From Sphyrna mokarran (lineage: Eukaryota): a stretch of DNA of 64,000 bases. Position 1 is the stretch's first letter. Each line of letters starts with the position of its first letter. The position numbers were made by a program, and so were the translations under genes. The DNA is taken from assembly GCA_024679065.1 (NCBI GenBank), contig JAGIQG010000043.1:2046001-2110000 (forward strand). The letters run 5' to 3'. Of the stretch, positions 50,001 through 61,230 are shown piece by piece. Below the pieces are notes generated by a model. It was not told the origin of the DNA, searched no databases, and saw nothing but the letters and a program-made list of their open reading frames with translations.

Positions 50001-50999
50001 GTATATCTAATTTCTTCCTGAAATTACATCATGTTTTGGCCTCAACTATATTCTGTGGTAGTGAATCCGTGTATTCACCACCCTCTGGGTGAAAACATTT
50101 CTCCTCACCTTAGTTCTAAAAGGATTCCCCAGTAACCTCAAACTATTATCCCTCGTTCTGGACTCCTTAACCATCGGGAACATTGTTCCTCAATCTGCCC
50201 TATCGAATCCTGTCAGAATTTTATCAGGTTCCTGGAAGTCCCCTCTCACACTTCTAAACTCCAGTGAATGCAATCCTATCGACGTCACCTACAATGTCAT
50301 ACCTAACTGCCTCTGAAGAATTGTGGAATATCTGTCGTGTTGACAAAATTTAGGTGGGCTGTGTGTTCATGATTGTAGCCTAGCAACCTAAAGTTCGCAC
50401 TGCACTCCCGTAACATCAGGGACCTTTGTTCGAATCCTGGCTTGGGTATCTGTCTATGGCGAGTCTACGTGTTCTCCCGGTGTGTGCGTGTGTTTCTTCC
50501 GCGTGCTCCTCCCACAGTCCAAACGATGTGGTACTCAGGTGAGTTGGCGATGCTAAATTCTCCCTCACTGCAGGAAAGCAAGTGCCGGGATGTGGCAAGG
50601 AGGACATTTTTACAGAAACTTCCTTGCAGAGTTAATGTAAGCCTACTTGTGACTCTATTAAGTAGCCTTCAAACTGTTGACATACAAGTGGTCATTGGCG
50701 ACCGATATTTCTATGTCCTTAAAGATTCTATAGCTTGTGTGACGTTTCAATTCATAGTTTAACTCTTAACACACAGGGGATCACGGTCAAACAGAGGCGA
50801 ACTTGAAAACGCAACATAGAATACAGGTGTGTGCATTGAACCCCTTATAATAAAATACATTGAAATGAATTTTTGGAAACAGTCCTTTATTTTAATCATT
50901 TCTGTTGAATATATTTCCCAGTCTCAGGGTGGACCTCTCTACGCTTCCCTGGATTTGGCTGCATTGGAAAAACGGTCAAAAAAGAAGGTCCAGAAATGA
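46993..50999 (+). CDS. Gene B: non-rearranging V(J)-C1 Ig-superfamily membrane receptor with TM Arg and cytoplasmic YASL, about 300 aa
   Basis: Exons 46993-47047, (47635 or 47672)-47962, 48053-48382, 48964-49065, optional 49169-49199, 50777-50826, 50922-50999. The V acceptor and tail exon usage are uncertain. Confidence 0.75.
47140..47430 (-). mobile_element. V-SINE in gene B intron 1
   Basis: Antisense tRNA head and core; same subfamily as 43405-43650 and 50400-50660. Confidence 0.75.
47635..47962 (+). CDS. Gene B exon 2, V domain with degenerate J-like end
   Basis: PTQ..VGQKVDLTC..LWYKQ..LTLEIHNVQLNDSGTYYCA..LQNGPTLLVG, donor G|GTAAGA. The 5' boundary is uncertain. Confidence 0.9.
48053..48382 (+). 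CDS. Gene B exon 3, C1-set domain
   Basis: VQVFVPP..VPLLCLVSG..IFWNISG..DGTYSVRSH..TWRSGALYTCIV; follows a 90-nt intron; donor G|GTGAG. Confidence 0.93.
48964..49065 (+). CDS. Gene B exon 4, Cys stalk plus TM (EWCGETVPIRISVLVTLILLSVLISIWICKHCRS)
   Basis: TTTTTATCTATAG acceptor, phase 1/1, hydrophobic stretch following an Arg. Confidence 0.88.
49860..50280 (-). mobile_element. Older CR1 3' fragment in gene B intron
   Basis: Antisense FTQRVVN motif and CR1 tail. Confidence 0.7.
50777..50999 (+). CDS. Gene B cytoplasmic exons 50777-50826 and 50922-50999 (..RIQ|SQGGPLYASLDLAALEKRSKKKVQK*)
   Basis: Phase 1/0/stop. YASL sits just after a phase-0 junction as in gene A. AATAAA at 51330, 51384 and 51393. 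Confidence 0.7.
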
Positions 51000-51329
51000 G
51001 AATCTGTGTGTTTTGTCTGTGATGTATTATACAGGAGACTGGAATTACCAATGTATGTTCTGCCCTGTGGAAATCAAATGGGAGCAAGTACATCCCCGTC
51101 AAACTGCTGAACGTTCCTCGCGTACTGGCCACAGATTAGAAAGACTGTCTCATTTTGTCAAATGTGCAACGAGTTTCTTCAGCATTGTGAAAGATATTCT
51201 ACAATATGAAGGTCATGAAAGTGTGAAGTAACACACTAAGTAATTCCCTGTTTTTTGTTGAAATCTTCAATGGCATATCCTGTAACTCCAGTTACTGATG
51301 TGATTGCTAATTGAAAATTCCTTCATTCA

Positions 51330-51398
51330 AATAAAATCAATTTTTCTTCGACTATAACGTTGCATCAAATATTTCTATTGACGAATAAATGAAATAAA
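51330..51398 (+). terminator. Candidate polyadenylation signals of gene B
   Basis: Three AATAAA hexamers 330-400 nt after the stop codon. Confidence 0.5.
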
Positions 51399-52429
51399 AC
51401 AGAAGACAGACAGACTTCATTTGGCTATGCTTATAACACAGCGGCCAAAACAATTTAAAACCAAACCTTCTCATCTGATTGGCACACTTTTATTCTCCTC
51501 CTACCAATGACATCACCTAAGGCTATGAGCTGAGAAATACTAACTGTGAGAGCAGCAGAGATCATGATTTAAATGCAAAAAATCTTTTCCTAAAGGAACA
51601 TTAACATCACTCCCGTAAAACTCTAACTGTGTGTTGATGTTGGAACACCTCCTGGAACTCCCTTCATACACAGTCTTGCACCAGATCAGGGGGAGAAATG
51701 GGAAGGGTGAGTTCACGCAAGGGTCAGGCTCCCCAACAGTAGGTGCAAGAAATGTTTCCAGGTAATCCATATTAGCAACTGCAACAGCCCTGAGACACAC
51801 AGAGACAGCTGCATAAAAGACGATGCTCACTATCCCGTCATGCCAGCTGTTCCTTCCTTTCTTAGCCAGATCTCACTGGATGATATTAACGCCTCTGGGA
51901 ATTTGCTCGAACTTAGCAAAGAGTTTGTTGGAAGTTCAGATTCTAAACAATGCCAGTGTCACTCAATGCAGTATAACTTGCCTGCAGGTTCACTTCTCTG
52001 ACTGAAGGAAAACTTTGGCCTTCCGCACTTTCCGCAAATCCAGAAGGATTCGATAGGTGTTGTGAAGGCAGGAATGATGGGAACAGGAGGGCATGGTGCA
52101 AGTAGGGAGGACAAGGGGCAAAGGCCTCACTGTACAAGTTGGATGGTGTGGATAGTAACTGCTGTAATACATGTGTAGAATGAGGGAATGCTGAAGATTG
52201 GCCTCCCTCCAGCCATTGAATCGCATTGGAATGAGGGAAAACGTTTGAGTTCAATGATTGGTCGNNNNNNNNNNNNNNNNNNNNNNNNNNNNNNNNNNNN
52301 NNNNNNNNNNNNNNNNNNNNNNNNNNNNNNNNNNNNNNNNNNNNNNNNNNNNNNNNNNNNNNNNNNNNNNNNNNNNNNNNNNNNNNNNNNNNNNNNNNNN
52401 NNNNNNNNNNNNNNNNNTTTCACACAGAC

Positions 52430-52540
52430 ACTCTCTTTCTCTCTTTCTCTCTCTCCATCTCTCTCTCTCTCTATCTATCTCTGTCTCTATCTATCTATTT
52501 ATCTATCTGTCTATCTACCTTACTATCTATCTATCTGGAC
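52430..52540. repeat. (CT)n/(TATC)n microsatellite
   Basis: Direct observation. Confidence 0.9.
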
Positions 52541-52861
52541 AGATAAATCAACAGGCGAGTAACCGACGGATAGAGGCGGTTGTTCTAGATCAAGATCCAC
52601 GCAGGCTTGGTGGGCCGAAGGGCCTGTTCTTGCGTTGTACTGTTCTTTTTTTTTCTTTTTTCTTTGTTGTTCTACTCCCAATATGCAGAAAGTATCCCAG
52701 ATTCCTAAATGCTAACATTTTCTATTGAGGTGATTGTATCAATGTTGGTGCATGGTGGCAGGTGACAGCCATGCCAAGAATCCAGTGTCCTCCCTGGAGC
52801 AGCGCATGGCCGGAAGAAGACTAAGTAGGAAGTCTGAGCAGGGAAGGGGATGAACTGGAAG

Positions 52862-52960
52862 TGTGAGGGAAAAGGGTACTGTGTTATGGGTCTGAGGGAG
52901 AAAGGGACCCGAGTGCGAGGTTTGAGGGGAAAGGGGCCTGAGTGGGTGTTCTGAGGGTGG
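52862..52960 (+). repeat. ~29-nt degenerate tandem repeat (TGAGGG(A)AAGGG.. x3-4)
   Basis: Direct observation. Confidence 0.65.
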
Positions 52961-53504
52961 AGCTGAATGCGGTCCACTCAGGTGTCCACAACATGCATAC
53001 TGTGTGGAGCTGAGGTCATCTCAGTACTGGAAGGATGAAACTTTATTGAAAACGTTTAAGATCCATAGCATCCTTACATTGCAGAAAGAGGCCTTATTGA
53101 AAAGGGGACAGGCGAGATTTGCAACAATTCTGGGGGAACTGGAAGGTTACATCTATCGGACAATATGAGGGGCGTTTGAGGACTATGGGTTTGTAGTCAA
53201 TTGAGTTTAGAAGGATGGGGGGATCTCATTGAAACTTGCAGAAAACTAAAACGCCTGGATCGAGTGGACGGAGAGAAGATGCTTCCATTAGCAGCTATGA
53301 CTAGGATCCGAGGGCACATCTCAGAGTAACGGGGCAATTCTTAAGATCTGAGATGTGGAGAAATGATTTCAGCCAGAGGGTGGTGAATCTGTGAAATTCA
53401 TTGCCGCAGAAGACTCTGGAGGCCAGGTCACTGAGTGTATTTAACAGATTCATGCGTTTTTGATTGCTAGGAGAATCAAATGTTACAGCGGAAAGGCAGG
53501 AGAT

Positions 53505-53825
53505 TGGGCGGCAGAGTAGTGTAGTGATGTTGTTTCACAGCTCCAAGGACCTGGGTTCGATTCCCAGCTCGGGTCACTGTCTGTGCAGAGTTTGCACATT
53601 CTCCCCATGTCCGCGTGGGTTTCCTCACTGTTCTCCAGGTTCTTCCCACGATCCGAAGATTGCAGGTTAGGTGGATTGGCCGTGCTAAACTGTCCCTTTG
53701 TGTCATGGGACGCATAGGTGAGAGGGATTAGCGGGTAAAATAGACGTTAGGGCCTGGGTGGGATTGTTGTCGGTGCGGACTCGATTGACTGAGTGGTCTC
53801 TTTCTGCACTGGAGGCTTTCTATGG
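53505..53825 (+). mobile_element. HE1-like V-SINE nested in an old CR1 fragment (53090-53900)
   Basis: tRNA head, core and tail. Confidence 0.8.
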
Positions 53826-54152
53826 AATGAGAAACCGATCAGTCATGATTGGATGGTGGAGCAGACGCGATAGACTGAATGGCCTAATTTTGCTCCTACA
53901 ACTAATAGTCATCTGGTCTATTTGATTTCAGGCGAACATAACCAGCCACTTGGCTGATCCACATTAACACAGAAGAATGAAGTGATGCATTCAGTTATGA
54001 AGGGTTCAGGCACTAATAAGAAATATGTTTAAAAACTTAAAGAGGATGAATGATTGAGGAGATAGAGAACAGCAGATACTGAAACATTGAATTTGGTAGG
54101 ATGAATTGAGAGGGTCATTTGGTAAAAAAATAATTAATTCGTTTCTCTACAG

Positions 54153-54680
54153 AGGAACTAAACATTCAGGCTGCAATTTATATGTACGCCTTTGAAAATT
54201 CTCGTCATTTCAAAGCAGGGATGTTGCACATAATTATGGACGGAAAACCACAGGGAGGGTATCACGGTTATCAGAAGTGCCCAGAAGCGATTTGCCATCT
54301 TGGCACTAGGAATGGAATCTTCTGTTATATGAAGAGTGTGGAGATACTTGCATCTTTTTTTTATCCCGGAAAGGGGGAAATGGTAAAAGGGATTTGATGG
54401 AGCCGTTCATCTACCGTAGAGAGAGTGACACTGAACAGGATTGCCTAAGTAAAGAGCTAGAACATATTCACCAACTGTAGATGCAGTGACTGAGAGAAAT
54501 CATTAAATTGAGAGTCACTGTGAACAGAGCCACCTCATGTAGACGTGGCATTTGTCAACAGCACGGCCTGACGTGGCTGTGCTGATGTTGATCACAGTTG
54601 ACTGGCGTGGAGGAAATGGCTTCGAACAGCGCCACCTTCAGCATTGGAAGTGGCTGCAATACTATCAGGTCAATGAAAGG
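54153..54680 (+). pseudogene. Decayed V plus C1 pseudogene
   Basis: C1-like NRATSCRRGICQQHGLTW..TGVEEMASNSATFSIGS in one frame, ending at donor GTAAGA (54681). Upstream CTCTACAG acceptor and J-like FDGAVHL. Confidence 0.4.
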
Positions 54681-55336
54681 GTAAGATGGACAAATATGTG
54701 ATCTCAGATCTCATGAGATACGAAAATACGGATCAAACAGGAGAGTGCTAATCCGGTAAAAGATCTAAGGGATTTTCACAGTAACTTCATTTGCAGTATA
54801 AATGCAAGCCTAATTATGACACGAACAATAATTTTCTGTTGAAGGAATTATTTCTTCCAAATCACTCACGTGTCTCTCTTTTCCAATATCTCAGAAGAGA
54901 TGGTCAACAGAAACAATCAATCTGCCCTTTTTGGGAGGTAAAAGATCCTCAGGCACCAATCAACAGAATCATAGAATCGTAGAATCCCTACAGAGCAGAA
55001 GGAGGCCATTCGATCCAGTGAACAATTCCACCCAGATTCCATCTCCATATCTGTATCTAATCGCACGTCTTTGGACATTAAGGGGCCATCCACTTAACCT
55101 ACACATCTTTGGGCAGATAGGGGCAATTTGCCTTTGCCAATCCATCTAACTGACGCATCTTTGCACGCAAAGGGACAACTTAGTACGGCCAACAAACACA
55201 AGAGAGTGGTTGGGTTTGGGTGGTGTGAGGATGGATTGTGAAGTGAGTGGGTGATGATGGCAGTGGGTGATGTGTTGTTGCTGGTTTTCCACGCATTTTC
55301 AAGTGGGTTATTCCCCAAACCAAATCCATGATTTGG

Positions 55337-55645
55337 AGCGGCACAGTAGCACAGTGGTTAGCACTGCTGCTTCTACAGCTCCAGGGCCCTGGAATCCAAG
55401 TCGATTCCCTGCTTGGGTCACAGTCTGTGTGCAGTTTGCACGTTCTCCTCGTATCAGCGTGGGTTTCCTCCCACAGTCCAAAGATGTGCAGGTTAGGTTG
55501 ATTGGCCAAGCTAACAAATTGCCCCTTAGGTGTAGTTTAGAGGATTGGTGGGTATAATATATGGCGGTAGGGCCTGGGTGGGATTGTGTTCAGTGCAGAC
55601 TCAATGGGCTGAAGGAAGTCTTTCTGCACTCCAGCGTTCTATGAT
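55337..55645 (+). mobile_element. HE1-like V-SINE
   Basis: tRNA head, core and tail. Confidence 0.85.
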
Positions 55646-55737
55646 GTATTAGCTGGGTAGTACTACGGTGCCCCTCGCTCTATATTTTTTCCTTTCCAAC
55701 TTTGCAATCGCAGCTGTTGTGCTGTAATTAGCAAAGC

Positions 55738-56090
55738 ACATTACCCTTCATTGCTTGTGCATTGTTCCTCTTCTTCCCTTGTTCCGTTTATTGGTTCAAA
55801 TCTATCCATCAACATTTGAACTCAGTGTGATTTGTTGATGAAAGGATGGTGTATGTCATATTTTAAAGTTGCCATTCTTCAGAGGAATAATGTTCTCTTT
55901 CCTGCTGCAGCAGAACATGCAGCGATAACCTTGTCTCTTTCAGGTATTGTATCTCACGCAGTTTTGCCACAGACCCCAGCAATCCGGACTCTGTCGCTTG
56001 GATGAACATACAAGGTGCATTGTCACATGGGCTGGTTGGCATGGAGGAGTTATCTATTGGCATAAACGGTGGCAACGGGAGCATCTACAA
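55738..56090 (+). pseudogene. 5' remnant of an A-type paralog (leader 55738-55780, V exon start from 55944)
   Basis: Leader (T)LPFIACALFLFFP shares TGTGCATTGTTCC with gene A and has the same length, with ACA in place of ATG. V start IVSHAVLPQTPAIRTLSLG*TYKVHC..GGVIYWHK has a stop and a frameshift. Confidence 0.65.
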
Positions 56091-59000
56091 CTAAGATCTC
56101 ACGATCTGTTTCCGGGATATGACGCAGTTAAGATCGTTTCATCTGTTTCCTCTTCATTTGAAGAAAGCCTGAATGTATGATTTGATTTATTACTGTCATA
56201 TGTATTTGTATACAGTGAAAAGGATTGTTTCTTGCACGCAATGCAGCCAAAGCATACCGTTTATAGAGAATGAAAGGAGAGTGCACAGTGTAATGTTACA
56301 GTCGTAGCTGAGGCGCAGGGAAAGATGAACTTAATATAATAGAGGTCAAAAGTCTGACGGCAGCAGGGAAGAAACTGTTCTCGGTCAGTGACCTCAGACA
56401 TTTGTATCTATTTTTCCGACAGGAGGAGGTAGAAAAGTGTATGTCCAGGGTACAAAGGATCTTTGCTTCTGCTGGCTGCTTTTCCAAGTCAGGGGAAAGT
56501 GCCTTGGAAAAGTGTCTTCCGCTGCCTTTGAAAAGATGTTGCTTTGTGCCTTGGACTGGCTTAATGTGTAATCTTTGGTAGTAGTATCTTGCGATCTTGC
56601 TGGGAACAGGAGCCAGACTAACATGTGAACCATCCGGAGAGGATGCTTTATTGTGCTGCATCATTAACATTTGATTGGAGTCAAAGCGGACTTGCCGAAT
56701 TTCCTTAGCCTCCTTAGAAAGCAAGGGCGTTGGTGTAGTCTGCCCAAAGGACTGCCATGTCATATTTCGTTTCTGGCTTCGTTATCAATAACAAGGAGTA
56801 AAGGGACACGGCTTATCACCTACTGGGCATTCTTAACGCCTAATGGAACTTGCACCATGTCAAGAGAACTCTGACATTTGGTCCTCTCTGATTGCTGCAG
56901 AGCCTCGATGTACATGTTCCTACCTTATGTAATTTTTTTTAATGTATTGTGCATTTTCATTTGGGTTTGAGCAGGAAGGAGAGCATCCAAAGAACCAATA
57001 CGTTACAACACGTATCCAAAATCAAGCATTGCGTTTGTGAGTCCAAACTGTCCAATTGTGTTCATTGAATCTGGATTACCAGGTTACAGGATGCCTGTAT
57101 AGAAAGGATAGGTAACGTTTAACTGTGGGCAACAATTTGATTAGATTGATATCAGTAATGTCGTGATGTAATGTTATGATATTACCATGAGCATGAGCAA
57201 ATTGACCCTAAATTAGTCATCCCTCAATCTGGTTATAATTCCTTTATTGTGGAGTCCAGAAAGCGGTGACAAAGGTCATAGGTAGAAGAGGGCACTCACA
57301 ATGTTAAAATGGCGGCGCGGGCTCGTTGGGCCGAAGAGCCTGTTTCCCGTGCTGTGTTGTGTTGTTCTTTGTTCTTTACAGTACAAAAATTCGACTGGGG
57401 TGGGGGGGTGGGGGGCGGGGGCGGGGTGGTGATCTAAAATAGATCTTGGAAGGTATGAAAGATTCAAAAGGATACACGTATAGAAAGTGAGGGGACACAA
57501 GAACATTGGATTGCCAGCATCCGTTATTCCCTCACGGATCCAACGTAAAGTTCAAGAGAAATACCTTTCCCAGAAATAGCATAGAATGTGGAACTCCGTA
57601 CAACAGGGTTTGGTTAAGTAGAATATCAGATACTCATTTAGGGGGAAATTGGATCAACGCAGGACGGAGATAACAATAGAACATGTTGTGGGGGAATGGG
57701 CAGAGTGTGGGTAGGAAGAGGCTGGTGTAGATTACAAACACTGTGACAGTGGCCTGTTGTCCTGGAAATAATGTGTATTTTGTAATGAAGAGATCGTGGG
57801 AAGAGAAAGTTGTTTTTTGGAGATGATTGATTTAATTCGGTTTGATTTGATTTATTATTGTTACATGGATTGGGATACGCTGACAATTGCTGCTTCTTGC
57901 TGACAAAACATACATTTCAGAGAGTACATAGGGGAGAAGGTTAGGAGAAGGTGCAGAATGGATTTTTACAGTCATAGGTGTAGAGAAAGAAACTTATTAA
58001 TGGTACGTTCATTCAAAAGTCTATTGGCAGCAGGGAAGAAGCTGTTCTTAAGTTGGTTGGTATATGATCTCTGATTTCTGTATATTTTTTTACTGACGGA
58101 AGTAGGTGGAAGAGAGTTTGTCCGGGGTTATGGGGTCCTTGGATAACCTCGCTATTTTTCGGAGGTCGCGTGAAGCATAAACAAAATCAGTTGATGAATC
58201 GATACATCAATGGATGTAAATGACATTGGTCTTCTGAATAAAATAAATAGTTCATTATGAAAGTGAAATTCAAAGGACGTTTCATTGAGCTGATGATGTA
58301 TATCCGTTGCAATTTCGATATTGCAAACATTGGAAGCTTGAGGCCCTTTTCTTTCCAAGGGAGAAACTTCACTATTTCTTCAATTAGTTCATTCATGGGA
58401 TGGTGGCGTCACAGGTTCTCCAGTATGTACTGGCCATCCTCATTTACTTTGAACTAATGAGTGACTTGTCAACACAGACTTTTTTTTACAACAACTGGTT
58501 TTAATTCTTCGTTAGAATTTAATTCCAAATCTTTGTGTTGTGTTTATTTTTTGCCATGTGTCGGAGTCGGAATTGAACACGGGGCCCTGTAACATAATCC
58601 AACAAAATGACATTTATCCTTGCATCAAGATCTTCTTCGGGGACAATGATCCACAGTACCAGTCCACACTGGGAAAGTGCACCATGACGTCACCCCTAAA
58701 CACTCTGGCAGTAATTTAAAAGCTCTGACCCCATGTTATGGAAACCTGCCCCCACTCCACCCCCGTCAGAGGACACTGTTTCCCTCCATCACCTCATCAA
58801 ATTATTTTCAAACTTAAACATGGAGATTAGAACATCTCATCATATTATCCGCTTGAAGGAATAAGATTACTCAGTGTAACGCGTTCTCGCAATGTATCCC
58901 TTTTTAATTCTAATATCTTCATGCTAAACTGAGATGTGTTTCAGAGAACCCAACACCGCAGTTCAAATTCTGCACAACTCACATGAATGTAAAATGTTCT

Positions 59001-59772
59001 TTTTTTTTAATTCATTCCTGGGATATGGTGATCGCTGGATGGTCAGGATTCTTTCCCCATCCTCAGTGGCCCTAATGAATCGAGCGGACATCTTGAAAGA
59101 CTTCAGCCCACCTACTATACGTTGACAAAATGGCCGTTAGGGAGAGAATTCCAGGATGTTGGCCACGTGACGGCCAATATATTTCCAAGGGAGGATGGTG
59201 AGTGGCTCGAAGGGGAACTTGCTGATGGTGCTGTTCTCGTGCATAAGCTGCTCTAGTCCTTCTACAAGGCAGTGGTCGTGAGTTTGGAAGGTGCTGTCGA
59301 AGGATCTTTGGTCACTTATTGGTTTACACTGAGCGCCATGGTGTAGAGAAAGAATGTCTGTGAAACTGCGTTTCTTTCTCCACGGATCGGCTGATCCGAT
59401 CAGCCTGAACGGCTGATTTTATCCAGCATTTATATTTATAATGTAAACAAAGTTCTCATTAAAAAGAATGGGATAGTCAAATGGGAGATCTATTAAATCG
59501 GCAACCCACTTTGGCAGTGTCTGGGAGATGGAACTTACAAAATAAGTGAAAATAAATTCACTTATTCAACCAAATCCCATTTCTTCTCTTGATTGAAGAC
59601 TAAACAGTTAGACTGATGTGACTCCTACGCAGTGTAACCATGTGCAGAGAACCCCTTGATCTGTAACTGTAAACTTTCTTGCAAAGCTTCACAAACTTAG
59701 AATTAGTAACATCTGAATTATAAATTAGAGAAAAAGGCAAAACTCCATAAAGATTGCATCCTACTATTCTGG

Positions 59773-60112
59773 TAGGGCGACACGGTAGCACAGTGGTTAT
59801 CACTGTTGCTTTACAGCTCCAGGGTTCTGGGTTCGATTCTCGGTTCGGATCATTCTCTGTGTAGAGTTTGTTCATTCTCCCTGTATCTGTGTGGGTTTCC
59901 ACCGGGTGCTCCGGTTTCTCCCACAGTCCAAAGATATGTGGGTCAGGTTGATTGGCCATGCTAAGAAATTGCCCCTTAGCGTCTAGGGATGTGTAGGTTA
60001 GCGGCATTAGTGGGTATAATGTATAGGGATAAGGGGGTAGGGCCTGGGTAGGATTGTGTTCAGTGCAAACTCAATGGGCCGAAGGGCCTCTTTCTGCACT
60101 GTAAAATTCTAT
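59773..60112 (+). mobile_element. Full-length HE1-like V-SINE
   Basis: GGGCGACACGGTAGCACAGTGG..GGTTCGATTC..core..TTCTATG; absent from copy 1 near 8565. Confidence 0.88.
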
Positions 60113-61230
60113 GATAATACAATGATAACAACGTTGCCATGGAAATGAATCTTCAATATTGTTTAGGACAGTAAGAAATCTCACAACAGCAGGATAAAGT
60201 CCAGCAGGTTTACTTGGAATCACGAGCCTTTGAAACACTGCTCCTTTCTCAGGTGAGAGGAAAGGTGGGTTCACAAGCACGGTCTATATAGATAGAGACA
60301 CAATTACAAGACAATGGTTGGAATGCGAGTCTTTACAGTTAATCAAGTCTTTACAGGTGCAGGTAATATGTGAGGAGGATGTATAGTGATGGGTAAGCGG
60401 TCTCCAAGGCGGTGTTCAAGATACAAGAAAATGCATACTCGCCAAACACAAAATCATAGCCAAGTTCCCCTTTCATGAGGATGACCTCAACCGGGATCTT
60501 GTCTCCAATAGAAATCAGAGTTTAGAAGTCTGATGACCATTAAACCATTGTCGATTGACGTAAAATAAAACTGGTTTCGGGAAGGAAATCTATCGTTCTC
60601 ACCTGGCCTGGCTGACGTGTGTCTCTATTCCAAAGCCATCTTCTTTACTATCAAATACCCTCTGAAACAAAAGGAAGTTAGGGAGGAAAATAGAGAAAAG
60701 GAGCAAAGGATTTAGAGAAAAATTGGCTCGTTGAAAACACAGTGCGGTGAACAATTGCTCTGATATGTAGGGTTCAAATAAAATCACATTTTACTATGTA
60801 AAAGTAAAATGAAGCCATCACAAGCTTTTTTGAATGTTCATTTTTGAGACACGGGTGTTGCTGGCTGGGCCACCATTTTTTGGCCATCCCTAGTTGCTTT
60901 TGGAGGGCCGTTAAAAATCAATCACGTTACTCTCGCTCAAGAGTCCACATGGCGGGAAAACAACATAAGGGAGGGAAACATCCTTCCCGAAAGGGCATTA
61001 CTGGACCTTTACTGAACATTTATGTGAGGAAAACAAAGCAAACTCGCATGAACAGAGTAGTTCCTTTCATCTGAGGTCACAGTTTTTACTGTGTGAACAA
61101 TTATTGTCGCTGATAGTTCTTACCTCTTTTACTCACCATAAACCTGCAACAGCAAGAAAATGAGCCTTGCATATAAAAATATCTTTACGTGCTATTTCTA
61201 CATGTTTTGTGGACCTGTTTGTTTCTGTAG

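Noticed and set aside
59773-59850. tRNA genes at SINE heads
   Set aside because: Each is followed by the V core and LINE tail, so these are SINEs, not tRNA genes.
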